DNA from: Bacillota bacterium
GTDB lineage: Bacteria; Bacillota; Syntrophomonadia; Syntrophomonadales; DTU052
Length of the DNA stretch: 64,000 nt
Assembly: GCA_029781825.1 (NCBI GenBank)
Contig: JAKOVY010000031.1
Coordinates: 4,297-68,296, forward strand
Reading direction: 5' to 3'
A model generated the notes under the pieces. The model did not search any database. It was given only the letters and a program-made list of their open reading frames with translations, and had not been told where the DNA came from. Positions 38,851-48,056 of this stretch are shown piece by piece. Numbering within the stretch: the stretch's first letter is position 1; each line of letters begins with the position of its first letter. A program made the position numbers and the translations under genes.

Positions 38851-39210
38851 ATGTTTGTCCTTGAATCCAATGAATTAGGAAAGATAACGATATCAAAAGA
38901 AGCGGTGCAGACCGTTGTAGGCATGGCAACTGTAGAGTGCTATGGACTGGTGGGCATGATACCGCGCAAGATGTCCAACGGCCTGACCAGTATACTGGGT
39001 ATTGATTCAATCCGCAAGGGGGTTGAGGTAAACGAGACTCCCGAAGGTGTTGAGGTCGACGTTTACGTTGTGGTGAGCTACGGGACCAAGATCTCGGAGG
39101 TCGGTTACAACATAATGCAAAAGATCAAGTATGTCATGGAGAAGATAACTGGAATACCGGTAACCCGCGTTAACGTTAACGTTCAAGGGGTTAAGGTTGC
39201 CAAAGAATAG
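38851..39210 (+). CDS. Asp23/Gls24 family envelope stress protein (YloU-like)
   Basis: 119 aa. The sequence GKITISKEAVQTVVGMATVECYGLVGM is typical of the family, and the gene keeps the conserved divergent position next to rpmB. Confidence 0.88.
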   Translation: MFVLESNELGKITISKEAVQTVVGMATVECYGLVGMIPRKMSNGLTSILGIDSIRKGVEVNETPEGVEVDVYVVVSYGTKISEVGYNIMQKIKYVMEKITGIPVTRVNVNVQGVKVAKE

Positions 39211-39227
39211 TCAGAGGAGGACTATGG

Positions 39228-40823
39228 GTGGGGTTACAGTTTATTGATGGGTTTGATATGGCCAGGATGATCCAGACCGGGGTTGTTCTGCTGGAGAAGA
39301 ACAAAGCCCGGGTGGATGCTTTAAACGTATTCCCGGTGCCGGACGGTGACACCGGGACTAACATGTACTTGACCCTGTTGTCGGCGGCGCATGAAGCCGA
39401 GAAGCGACTGGATCAGAATATCGGCAAGGTAAGCAAGGGGATCGCCATGGGTTCATTGATGGGCGCCCGCGGCAACTCCGGTGTTATTTTGTCTCAGGTA
39501 TTCAGGGGCATGGCCAAAGAGCTGGAGAACAAGGACCGGATCGATGCCCGGGGATTGGCGGCGGCTCTTCAGGCGGGATCGGATGCGGCGTATAAAGCGG
39601 TTATGAAGCCGGTTGAGGGTACGATCCTTACCATTGTCCGGGAAGTGGCCCGCGCGGCGGCCGAAGCTTCCAAAAAAACTGACGATATTGTTGAGGTTAT
39701 GCAGGCGGCCTTGCAAAGCGGTAACCGGATGCTGGAACGCACACCGCAAATGCTGCCGGTTTTGAAGGAAGCCGGAGTAGTTGATTCAGGCGGACAGGGT
39801 TTTCTGTATCTGTTTGAAGGCATGATAAAGGCCCTTTCATCAGAGGAGATATCGACGGCTCCACTGCAGTCAACAGTTTCATTGCCGTCCGAGGTTGAAG
39901 CGGAGCCGGAGAGCTTGGAGTACCAATACTGTACCGAAACCCTTATCAAGGGTTTCCGACTGGATATTGACCGAATCAGAGAGGAATTGGAGCCTCTGGG
40001 TGATTCCGTGCTGGTGGTGGGAGAGCAGGATATGGTCAAGGTGCATATCCATTCCAATCACCCGGGGAAAGTGCTGGAGGTATGTTTAGCCTGGGGTTCC
40101 CTCCACGATATCAAGATTAACAACATGGAAGAGGAGACCCAGGCCAGGTTGGAGAGCCTGGCTGAGACCAAGAATACCGGCCTGGTTGCAGTGGGCCAGG
40201 GCGACGGTTGGGTCCAGATCATGAAGAGCCTGGGTGTGGACCAGGTGGTGAACGGTGGACAGACAATGAACCCCAGCACTGAGGATTTACTGCGTGCGGT
40301 ATCCGACACCAGAGCCCATGGGGTAATAATCCTGCCCAATAACAAGAACGTGATCATGGCGGCCGAGCAGGCGATGAGGCTCGCGGACAAACCGGTACGA
40401 GTGGTGCCGACTACCAGCATAACTCAAGCAGTAGCGGCTCTGGTGGCTTATGAGAGCGAATCCGACCTGGATCAGGTGGCCGAGGCTATGGCCGGGGAGA
40501 TCGGCCGGGTGAGAACGGGTGAGGTTACCAATGCGGTTAAAAACTCCTCCATCAACGGTTTGTCTATAAAGGAAGGCGACTATATCGGCCTGATTGATGA
40601 TAAAGTCGTGGCCAACGGCGACAGTGCAGAACAGATGGTTATGGTGCTGCTGGAGAACATGGCCCCTGACGGCGACCTAATCAGCATCTTTTACGGAGCT
40701 GATGTGGATGAAGACCAGGCGACAAAGCTCAGGGAACTGGTAGAGGAGAAGTACCCTGACTATGATATCGAACTCCATTACGGGGGACAGCCGTTTTATC
40801 AGTATTTGATTTCCGTGGAATAG
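39228..40823 (+). CDS. DAK2 domain fusion protein YloV
   Basis: Has the N-terminal Dak phosphatase motif (LNVFPVPDGDTGTNM) and a C-terminal DegV-like half. The yloU-yloV-recG order is conserved. Confidence 0.88.
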   Translation: MGLQFIDGFDMARMIQTGVVLLEKNKARVDALNVFPVPDGDTGTNMYLTLLSAAHEAEKRLDQNIGKVSKGIAMGSLMGARGNSGVILSQVFRGMAKELENKDRIDARGLAAALQAGSDAAYKAVMKPVEGTILTIVREVARAAAEASKKTDDIVEVMQAALQSGNRMLERTPQMLPVLKEAGVVDSGGQGFLYLFEGMIKALSSEEISTAPLQSTVSLPSEVEAEPESLEYQYCTETLIKGFRLDIDRIREELEPLGDSVLVVGEQDMVKVHIHSNHPGKVLEVCLAWGSLHDIKINNMEEETQARLESLAETKNTGLVAVGQGDGWVQIMKSLGVDQVVNGGQTMNPSTEDLLRAVSDTRAHGVIILPNNKNVIMAAEQAMRLADKPVRVVPTTSITQAVAALVAYESESDLDQVAEAMAGEIGRVRTGEVTNAVKNSSINGLSIKEGDYIGLIDDKVVANGDSAEQMVMVLLENMAPDGDLISIFYGADVDEDQATKLRELVEEKYPDYDIELHYGGQPFYQYLISVE

Positions 40824-40862
40824 TATCGGCCAGGCCTGGTTGGCCTTTGGGGGGAGATACTC

Positions 40863-42911
40863 TTGAATACTCTTTTTAATCCCGTTCGTTATCTTAAAGG
40901 TGTCGGACCACAGAGGGAAAGGCACCTGCAGCGCTTGGGGATAAGAGATGTTTACGACCTGCTTTGGCATATACCTCGTTCCTACATAGACCGGACCGAA
41001 ACCGTCAGGATCAGGAACCTGGCGGTGGGAGAGGTAGCTTCCATCACAGGCACTATTCAAACGGTGAGGACTTCTGTTAGTTCTCGCCGTATTGCTGTTA
41101 TTAAGGCGGTAGTGAGGGACGACTCGGGAATGATACCGGTGGTCTGGTTTAATCAGGGTTTCCTAAAAAATGTTCTCAAACCCGGATTACAGATTTTTGT
41201 CAGAGGCAAGGTAAATCTGAGTTACGGCCAGATGGAACTGTGGGCATATGATTATGACCTGATGGGCAAGGACCAAACCTCCTCCGTTCCCGGGATCGAT
41301 CCGATATATCCCTCCACCGAGGGCATAAGTCAGAAGGTATGGCGGCAGATGGTAAGAAACGCTCTTCAGGAGTATGCCGGGATCTATCCTGAGATTGCTC
41401 CTCCCGGAACCAAAGAGAAGCTCGGACTGTTACCCGCCCGGCAGGCCTTCTGGGGCGTCCATTTTCCCTCCCGGTGGGAACAGCAGGAGCTTTCCCGGCG
41501 CAGCCTGGCCTTTGAAGAGCTTTTCCTTCTGCAGTTGGCCATCAGACGTGAGCAGAGGTCGTTAAGGGATCCAAAGGTAAAGGGCATAAAAAATATCGAA
41601 CAGGACGACCTGGTATCCCGGGTCGTTGGCGGGCTGAAATTCTCCCTTACAAGGGCCCAGAAACGCGTTACGGCCGAGATCTTTCGGGATATGGAGGACG
41701 AGCGTCCCATGAACCGGTTGATTCAAGGGGATGTAGGCTCGGGAAAGACCATTGTTGCGGCTCTGGCCATGGCCAAAGCTGTGAGCAGCGGCTATCAGGC
41801 GGCCTTGATGGCCCCAACGGAGATACTGGCCCTGCAGCATTATGAAAACCTGAGGCAAGTCTATCCTTCCGAGGTGCGGGTGGAAATCCTGACCGGTTCC
41901 ACCGCCGCCAAAAAGAGGGAAGAAATACTGACCGGAACCGCTGAGGGACAGATCCACATTCTGGTGGGCACCCACGCCCTGATTCAGGAGAATGTTGTCT
42001 TTAAGAACCTCAGTCTGGCGGTGATTGACGAACAGCACCGGTTTGGGGTGAGTCAGAGGGCCTTATTGGGACAGAAGGGGTTCCTGCCCGATGTGCTGGT
42101 GATGAGCGCCACTCCGATTCCCCGCACCCTGGCCCTCACTATATACGGAGATCTCGATATCTCTACTATTGATGAGCTGCCCCCGGGCAGATTGCCCGTA
42201 AAGACTCTGGCTCTGCGCGAGTCAGGGCGGGATAAAGCATACCAGTTCTTGTTGAAACAGGTCAAACTGGGGCGTCAGGGTTATGTAGTCTGTCCTCTGA
42301 TTGAAGAGTCGGAAAAGCAGGATTTAACCGATGCCACCGCCCTCTACCAGCGCCTCCAGGCCGGCGTATTCCGCAATCATAAAGTCGGTCTGCTGCACGG
42401 GCGCATGAAGCCGGCCGAAAAGGACCGGGTGGTAGATGACTTTCGCCGCGGAGAGATAGATGTTCTGGTCAGCACCACGGTTATTGAAGTAGGAGTGGAT
42501 GTTCCCAATGCAACGGTGATGATCGTCGAATCTGCCGAAAGGTTTGGGCTTTCCCAGCTTCACCAGCTGCGGGGACGGGTGGGCCGGGGAGCCGAACAGG
42601 CCTACTGCATCCTGCTGGGCAACCCGCGCACTGACGTGGGACTGGAGCGATTGAAGGTTATGGAGAGGACCAATGACGGTTTTGAAATAGCCAACGAGGA
42701 CCTGCGTTTAAGGGGCCCCGGCGATATCTGGGGGCTTAAGCAGCACGGTCTGCCGGAACTGAAACTCACCGATCTGTGGAAGGACAGCGACCTGCTGCAC
42801 CTAACACGGGATATCGCAGCGCAATCGGTTTCATTGCTGGATGAAAACCGGATAATTCAGCAGCTCCTGAACAAGAAATACCCGCGCCCGGAAAACGTGG
42901 CCGCCAACTGA
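40863..42911 (+). CDS. recG: ATP-dependent DNA helicase RecG
   Basis: 682 aa with the wedge domain and the helicase motifs GDVGSGKT and VIDEQHRFG. Confidence 0.93.
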   Translation: MNTLFNPVRYLKGVGPQRERHLQRLGIRDVYDLLWHIPRSYIDRTETVRIRNLAVGEVASITGTIQTVRTSVSSRRIAVIKAVVRDDSGMIPVVWFNQGFLKNVLKPGLQIFVRGKVNLSYGQMELWAYDYDLMGKDQTSSVPGIDPIYPSTEGISQKVWRQMVRNALQEYAGIYPEIAPPGTKEKLGLLPARQAFWGVHFPSRWEQQELSRRSLAFEELFLLQLAIRREQRSLRDPKVKGIKNIEQDDLVSRVVGGLKFSLTRAQKRVTAEIFRDMEDERPMNRLIQGDVGSGKTIVAALAMAKAVSSGYQAALMAPTEILALQHYENLRQVYPSEVRVEILTGSTAAKKREEILTGTAEGQIHILVGTHALIQENVVFKNLSLAVIDEQHRFGVSQRALLGQKGFLPDVLVMSATPIPRTLALTIYGDLDISTIDELPPGRLPVKTLALRESGRDKAYQFLLKQVKLGRQGYVVCPLIEESEKQDLTDATALYQRLQAGVFRNHKVGLLHGRMKPAEKDRVVDDFRRGEIDVLVSTTVIEVGVDVPNATVMIVESAERFGLSQLHQLRGRVGRGAEQAYCILLGNPRTDVGLERLKVMERTNDGFEIANEDLRLRGPGDIWGLKQHGLPELKLTDLWKDSDLLHLTRDIAAQSVSLLDENRIIQQLLNKKYPRPENVAAN

Positions 42912-42927
42912 AAATACATGGCCAATG

Positions 42928-42979
42928 AAAAAAGGGCGGCGGGACTCGTTTGCTTCGTCCCTTGCAAAACTGCCGCCCT
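42928..42979 (-). terminator. Rho-independent terminator (minus strand) about 180 nt downstream of gpr; may also stop recG read-through
   Basis: Nested stem AGGGCGGC-GGGAC...GTCCC...GCCGCCCT. On the minus strand it is followed by TTTTTTCATT. Confidence 0.65.
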
Positions 42980-43156
42980 CTGCATTCGGAAAGTATTCAG
43001 CAGGCGATATAACGGACAGTGGCTTTTGCTTGCGTTAAAGCGGCGAAAAATTTAAACGCCCGGATTATCGTCACAACCCGCGCAAGTAAGCGCCATCCAT
43101 ACTCAAGGATGCAGGGCAAGGTGCTCACTTAACGCAGTCTATCCCTGCTTCAGCAT

Positions 43157-44116
43157 CTAGGACGCATAGAGTTCCAATTGTTCCCGTGAAATTCCCGGGA
43201 ACAGTGCATAGGCAATCCCATAGGCGATGACGTCGGATATGTTTTCCACCAGATCGTCAATCTCCTTGGGGGTTACAGTAAGACTGCCGCCGAAGTAAGA
43301 GAGAACCGGCTTGATAGCGTTCAGGCTGCTCTGCGGGTTGAATTGAATGTTGTTGTTCTGACAAAATACCTGTATGGCTTGACTGGCTATGACGGCAGCA
43401 TTAACTACCATCGGACAGCCGATAGCGATCACCGGCACACCCAGGGTCTCCTGGTTTATAGCCTGCTGAGTCGGGCTGCCTACTGCCGATCCAGGTTGAA
43501 TCCCGGTATCCGAGATCTGGATGGTTGTACCGATCCGCTCAGCGCTCTGCGCTGAAAGGGAATCAATAACCAGGACCAGGGCCGGTTTGACTTTTTCCAC
43601 CACCCCTTTGATTATCTCAAAGGTCTCAATACCGGTGGTGCCCAGGACTCCGGGAGCCATCGCGCAGACCGGGCGCATGCCTTCCACCAGGGCCTGGGGA
43701 GCATACTTTGAATAGTGCCTGGTTACCGGACTGGATTCAACCGTCTTGGGACCCAGGGCATCCGGGGTGGCCCTCCAGTTGCCCAGGCCGATGATTAAAA
43801 CCGTAGCGTTCTTATCGATTCTGTCCACCACGCCCTTGAGTTTTGCAGCAATGGCCTGTGAAACTTCTTCATGGACTTCGGGGTGTCTGATGCGCAGGTC
43901 TTTGGCTTCAATGGTGACGTAATTGCCGACCGGCTTGCCCATTCTCTGTTCGGCGGCCTTGTCTTTAATCCGGATGGTGGTTATTTTGCAATGGGTAAGC
44001 TGCTCCACCTCCTCCACAACTCCGGGGATTTCCTGACCGGTATCCCCTCTGACAATGTCCCTGGCCTCCATAGCCAGGTCAACCTGCAGAGAAAACGCGC
44101 GCAGTATTTCGTTCAT
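43157..44116 (-). CDS. gpr: Germination protease GPR (spore endopeptidase)
   Basis: The sequence LAMEARDIV...IGLGNWRATPDALGP...TIQISDTGIQPGSAVG...GVPVIAIGCPMVV matches the B. subtilis GPR family. Confidence 0.9.
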   Translation of the reverse strand: MNEILRAFSLQVDLAMEARDIVRGDTGQEIPGVVEEVEQLTHCKITTIRIKDKAAEQRMGKPVGNYVTIEAKDLRIRHPEVHEEVSQAIAAKLKGVVDRIDKNATVLIIGLGNWRATPDALGPKTVESSPVTRHYSKYAPQALVEGMRPVCAMAPGVLGTTGIETFEIIKGVVEKVKPALVLVIDSLSAQSAERIGTTIQISDTGIQPGSAVGSPTQQAINQETLGVPVIAIGCPMVVNAAVIASQAIQVFCQNNNIQFNPQSSLNAIKPVLSYFGGSLTVTPKEIDDLVENISDVIAYGIAYALFPGISREQLELYAS

Positions 44117-44491
44117 GTTTCCCGACCTCCCAATTGTAAATCAGCTTGGATGAAGAACCTGCATGGCTGAAATCAGGATTCTTGGGCAAGTAATGGGCTC
44201 TGTTGCCTGCCATATATAGTCTTTGATCAAATTCCTGTTTATTATCCGGGTAAGCGTCTTATGGCCTATGGTGATTAATGCCATTCGGGGTGTGGGAGGC
44301 CGTTTTGTATGTGTTATGTTATATAGGATGTAGGCCGACAATGAATGAAGGGTTCTGTTTCTCCCGGTCCGAATTCCCCATTGTATGTGCTTTATATAGG
44401 CCGGTAACAGCTGACTTCCCAATGGGGTGCTCGGGCCGGCCCTTGTTGCCGCACCGGTCATGGAGCCTCGAGTGTTATCAAAAGAATAAAC

Positions 44492-44517
44492 GGCGGCTGA
44501 TTGGTTTTTCAGCCGCC
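44492..44517. terminator. Strong stand-alone hairpin in the gpr-rsmD spacer (terminator-like on both strands)
   Basis: GGCGGCTGA-ttggtttt-TCAGCCGCC (9 bp). The minus-strand tail is GTTTATTCTTTT and the plus-strand tail is TTAAGTTT. Confidence 0.5.
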
Positions 44518-44698
44518 TTAAGTTTGGGGAGAGGAGAATTTTGTAAAGTTGTTGGGGAGGGTTTGTTTTTTTTCCGGGTATTTCCCCGGTTGAGGATATC
44601 ATTCCCTCAAGGTCCGAGAATAATACATTGTTTTTGCGATTTTTTTCTCATGTTTTTTTTCTATGCTATAATCTTGGAAAAAGGAACAACTGGAGGAA

Positions 44699-45256
44699 AT
44701 GTTTTTGAGGGTGATTGCCGGCATATCCAAGGGCAGAAAGCTTAAAGTTCCCAAAGGGCCTGACATTCGGCCGATAACCGGCAACATTAAGGAGGCGTTG
44801 TTCAATACCATTGGACCTTACCTGGAGGGGAAGACCTTTCTGGACCTTTTTGCAGGGAGCGGAGCAGTCGGGATAGAAGCGTTAAGCCGACTGGCAGAAA
44901 AAGCGGTATTTGTAGAACTCGATCCTCAGGCAGTCGCCGTTCTGCAGGAGAACCTGGAAGCCTGTCAACTGAGTTCAAAAGCACGGATCATCAGAGGGGA
45001 CGTTTTTTGCGTTGTTGACCAGTTGGTGCGGGAGAAGGCTTCCTTTGACTTCGTTTATGTTGATCCTCCATTTCGCAAGGTCGCATATTTCCCCAAAATT
45101 ATGGCCTCTCTGGCGGCGTTGCTGAACCAAGAGGGAATCGCCATAATCAGAAGTCCAAAATCGCTGGAAATGCCCGATGAGGTGACCGGTCTAACCAGAT
45201 TCAAGATGAGCGTTTACGGGGATTCTGTCCTGAGTTACTACCAACAGGCCGACTGA
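44699..45256 (+). CDS. rsmD: 16S rRNA (guanine966-N2)-methyltransferase RsmD
   Basis: Carries RVIAGISKGRKLKVP, DLFAGSGAVGIEALSR and YVDPPF. An extended -10 element (TGCTATAAT) lies at 44664-44672. Confidence 0.9.
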   Translation: MFLRVIAGISKGRKLKVPKGPDIRPITGNIKEALFNTIGPYLEGKTFLDLFAGSGAVGIEALSRLAEKAVFVELDPQAVAVLQENLEACQLSSKARIIRGDVFCVVDQLVREKASFDFVYVDPPFRKVAYFPKIMASLAALLNQEGIAIIRSPKSLEMPDEVTGLTRFKMSVYGDSVLSYYQQAD

Positions 45257-45284
45257 AGTACGACAACTACGGGGGGGTTTTTTA

Positions 45285-45740
45285 ATGGAAATTATCATGC
45301 TCCTGGATGAGTTGGAAGACGAGATCAAGAACGCCAAAAGGATGCCATTAATAGCGAAAGCATTGATAGATGCTGATTACGTTCTGGAAAAGCTGGATCG
45401 CATCCGGGCGGTGTTGCCGGAAGAGATACAGACCGCTATAAAGATAATAGATGAAAGGGACAGGATTTTCGAAGATGCCCGCCGAGAATCAAAGTATATC
45501 CTGGAGGACACCAGGTTCCAGGCAGCCAAAATGATTTCCAATGACGAGATTACCAGGAATGCCAGCCAGGTCGCGGAAGAGATGATTAACAAGTCCAAGG
45601 CTCTATCCCAGGAAATAAGAGAGGGTGCCAATAAATATGCGATAGAGCTTTTAACCTACCTGGAAAAAGTGCTTAACGAAAGCCTTAAGTCAGTCGAACA
45701 GGGGCTGCGGGAACTCAATGAATGGGACCCGAAAATCTGA
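45285..45740 (+). CDS. Hypothetical coiled-coil protein (family often annotated ATPase/V-ATPase subunit-like in Clostridia)
   Basis: 151-aa charged alpha-helical ORF. It overlaps the 3' end of ylbJ convergently by 26 nt. Confidence 0.6.
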   Translation: MEIIMLLDELEDEIKNAKRMPLIAKALIDADYVLEKLDRIRAVLPEEIQTAIKIIDERDRIFEDARRESKYILEDTRFQAAKMISNDEITRNASQVAEEMINKSKALSQEIREGANKYAIELLTYLEKVLNESLKSVEQGLRELNEWDPKI

Positions 45741-46902
45741 TGCTTCTTAACCAGGAGATGAGACAGACCATCAGCAGGACTGCCGTGCTTAAGATAATCC
45801 CCTCGAAGCTGGCCCGCAGAAAATCAGCCGCCATTGGCATTGGTGAGAACAAAGGAGAGGCAGGAGCAGTCAGCAGGGGTATGTTGGCCGGCCACAATTT
45901 AAAGCCGATCAGCGTTAAGCCCAGTGACAGAAAGATTTGTAACAGACGGGCCTTCAGGTAGAACCAATAGCGAACCGGAGTGCCGGCTACCAGGCTCATC
46001 ACCTGTGCCTGTATTGACAGGCCGCTCCAGGCCAGTACGCCCGAGACCGCCAGCAGTTTTTCCAGTTCAGGAGCGGTCGAAGCCGCTATAGCCTGTGCTC
46101 CAATCGTCATCTCGAAGCATCCCATTCCCAGTCCTATGGAGGTTCCATAGGAAGCCCCCAGGAGCTGAAATATACCTGCCAGACCGAATATTACCCCCCA
46201 ACGGGATAAGGCCGCACTCAACACAGAGAAAACAATTATAAAGCCTCCCACCAGGGCGGTATTGAGGAGGGCCTTTTTTATGGCTTCTCCCAGCATGTGC
46301 CCGGGGCCTGTGCTCTGCCGGTTTGCTCTTAACAACTCGGCCAGGCCGAGTGAAAGGAGGTTTCCGCGGTACCGGTTTCCGGCCGATAATGGCGGAGCCT
46401 TACGGCCGATGAGTATGCCCACTATAAGGTTGGAGAGGTAATGGGCGGCTGCCAGCAGGTAACCGACTGCAGGGCTGTGCAGCAAACCGGTTCCCACCAC
46501 CCCGATAATGAAAAGCGGGCTGGCATTATTGGTAAAGCTGGCCAGCCTCTCAGCCTCGTTATTGGACAAGGCCCCCTGTTCATAGAGCTGACGGGTAAGC
46601 ACCGCCCCAACCGGGAAACCTGAAGTAAATCCCATGGCCACTACAAATCCGGCCGCACCGGGCAGGCGGAAAATAGGACGCATAACAGGTTCCAGGATCA
46701 CCCCCATAAAATGAACAACCCCTAAAGCCACCATAAGGTCGCATACGACAAAAAAAGGGAACAGAGCGGGAAGTACCTTATGAAACCAGAGATTCAGTCC
46801 GGCGGCTGATGCTTCGAGGGTGGCAGCAGGTTCGGCGATCATGAAAACAGCCAGGGCCACTGCCAGGAAAGCTCCCAGTATTGCGGGCCAGGGTTTCATC
46901 AT
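45715..46902 (-). CDS. ylbJ: Sporulation integral membrane protein YlbJ
   Basis: About 395-aa polytopic nucleoside-recognition-type membrane protein in the conserved ylb synteny. Confidence 0.8.
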   Translation of the reverse strand: MMKPWPAILGAFLAVALAVFMIAEPAATLEASAAGLNLWFHKVLPALFPFFVVCDLMVALGVVHFMGVILEPVMRPIFRLPGAAGFVVAMGFTSGFPVGAVLTRQLYEQGALSNNEAERLASFTNNASPLFIIGVVGTGLLHSPAVGYLLAAAHYLSNLIVGILIGRKAPPLSAGNRYRGNLLSLGLAELLRANRQSTGPGHMLGEAIKKALLNTALVGGFIIVFSVLSAALSRWGVIFGLAGIFQLLGASYGTSIGLGMGCFEMTIGAQAIAASTAPELEKLLAVSGVLAWSGLSIQAQVMSLVAGTPVRYWFYLKARLLQIFLSLGLTLIGFKLWPANIPLLTAPASPLFSPMPMAADFLRASFEGIILSTAVLLMVCLISWLRSIRFSGPIH

Positions 46903-47119
46903 GTACCTCCTTAACAGAGTTCGTCCATTTTCAGAACCAACAACGTCCGCATTTTGAATTATTAAATTATAATGAGGGTGACCAGTATCTAGAAGTTAAA
47001 ATTGAATCGATGTACCATATATTAGTAAGCAGATTGGATCGATTGCAGTTTAAAGAACGTGAAGGGCGGGCGGATGGAGCAAGAATTGCGAGTGTAACGA
47101 TGAACTTGTTTGACCGATA

Positions 47120-48043
47120 ATGACAAACAAAGCAGGCCGTGTAATATACCCGTCAGGAACTCGGCTGTGGAATGAGGTGGGCGTGATTAGCAGCAGTAAA
47201 AGCAAGATAGGGCTGGTACTCGGAGCAGGCAGTGCTCGCGGTCTGGCGCATATCGGGGTTCTGCAGGTTTTGATTGAGAACAAGATACCGTTTGACTTCA
47301 TCGTGGGAAGCAGTATGGGAGCCGTGATTGCCGCCATTTATGCCTGTGGGGGCGATATGTACATGACCGGAAAGCTGGCATCGGCGTTAAACACCTCCGT
47401 GTTATGGGATGTGGGCATTCCGAGAATGGGTTTTGTAAGCGGCAAAAAGATAGAACACTTTTTGCGGCTCCTTACCAAAGGCAAATCCTTTGAGGATCTG
47501 GACATACCTCTGGCAGTAGTGGCTACTGATATCGAGAACGGGGAAAAAATCGTGATCCGGGAGGGTCCCGTGCACACTGCGGTTAGGGCCAGCATCTCTA
47601 TCCCGGGAATATTTACTCCGGTCAGGTACGGGAACCGCCTGCTGGTGGACGGCGCGGTGGCTGAACGCTTGCCGGTGGGAGTGGCCCGCGACATGGGAGC
47701 CGATATAGTTATCGGAGTGGACGTAACCTTTGCCGAAGATCGCCAAACCCACATCCGCAACACCCTGGATGTCATCCTGCAGGCAATAGAAATTCTGGAA
47801 CGCCAAATATTTACGCAGATCACACGCCATCAGGCCACAGTCCTTCTTCAGCCAAGGCTGGGCAATATAAAATCAAATGAGTTTGGCCGAGCCGAAGAAT
47901 GCATCTTGAAGGGGAGGGAATGCGCCGAGGCGAAGTTGGATGAGATAAGATCGGTGCTTGGAGCAGCGGGAAGGCTTGGAGCCGACAGCAGGCCGGAAAC
48001 GGATGTCAGTGTCACGAATTATAAAGAGCCCTTCCCATACTGA
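47120..48043 (+). CDS. Patatin-like phospholipase (YlbK-like)
   Basis: Carries the motifs GLVLGAGSARG and GSSMGA (GxSxG), and a DGA/DGG dyad (LLVDGAV). Confidence 0.88.
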   Translation: MTNKAGRVIYPSGTRLWNEVGVISSSKSKIGLVLGAGSARGLAHIGVLQVLIENKIPFDFIVGSSMGAVIAAIYACGGDMYMTGKLASALNTSVLWDVGIPRMGFVSGKKIEHFLRLLTKGKSFEDLDIPLAVVATDIENGEKIVIREGPVHTAVRASISIPGIFTPVRYGNRLLVDGAVAERLPVGVARDMGADIVIGVDVTFAEDRQTHIRNTLDVILQAIEILERQIFTQITRHQATVLLQPRLGNIKSNEFGRAEECILKGRECAEAKLDEIRSVLGAAGRLGADSRPETDVSVTNYKEPFPY

Positions 48044-48056
48044 GCCTGCAAACGCA

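Noticed and set aside
42930-43130. Small ORFs of 43-45 codons on either strand between recG and gpr.
   Set aside because: They have no Shine-Dalgarno sequence and implausible composition. They overlap the terminator stem, so the region is more likely a 3' UTR.
36391-44698. The separation of coaD (35882) from rsmD (44699) as evidence of a large insertion or novel island.
   Set aside because: All intervening genes (hslO, rpmB, asp23, yloV, recG, gpr) are housekeeping or sporulation genes in their usual local synteny and have native-looking composition. This is better explained as an ordinary lineage-specific rearrangement.
44141-44745. The 153-aa minus-strand and 155-aa plus-strand track ORFs in the gpr-rsmD spacer, read as protein-coding genes.
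   Set aside because: They have no RBS and low-complexity, Cys/Phe/Arg-rich translations. The plus-strand ORF runs out of frame into rsmD. I treat the region as non-coding.
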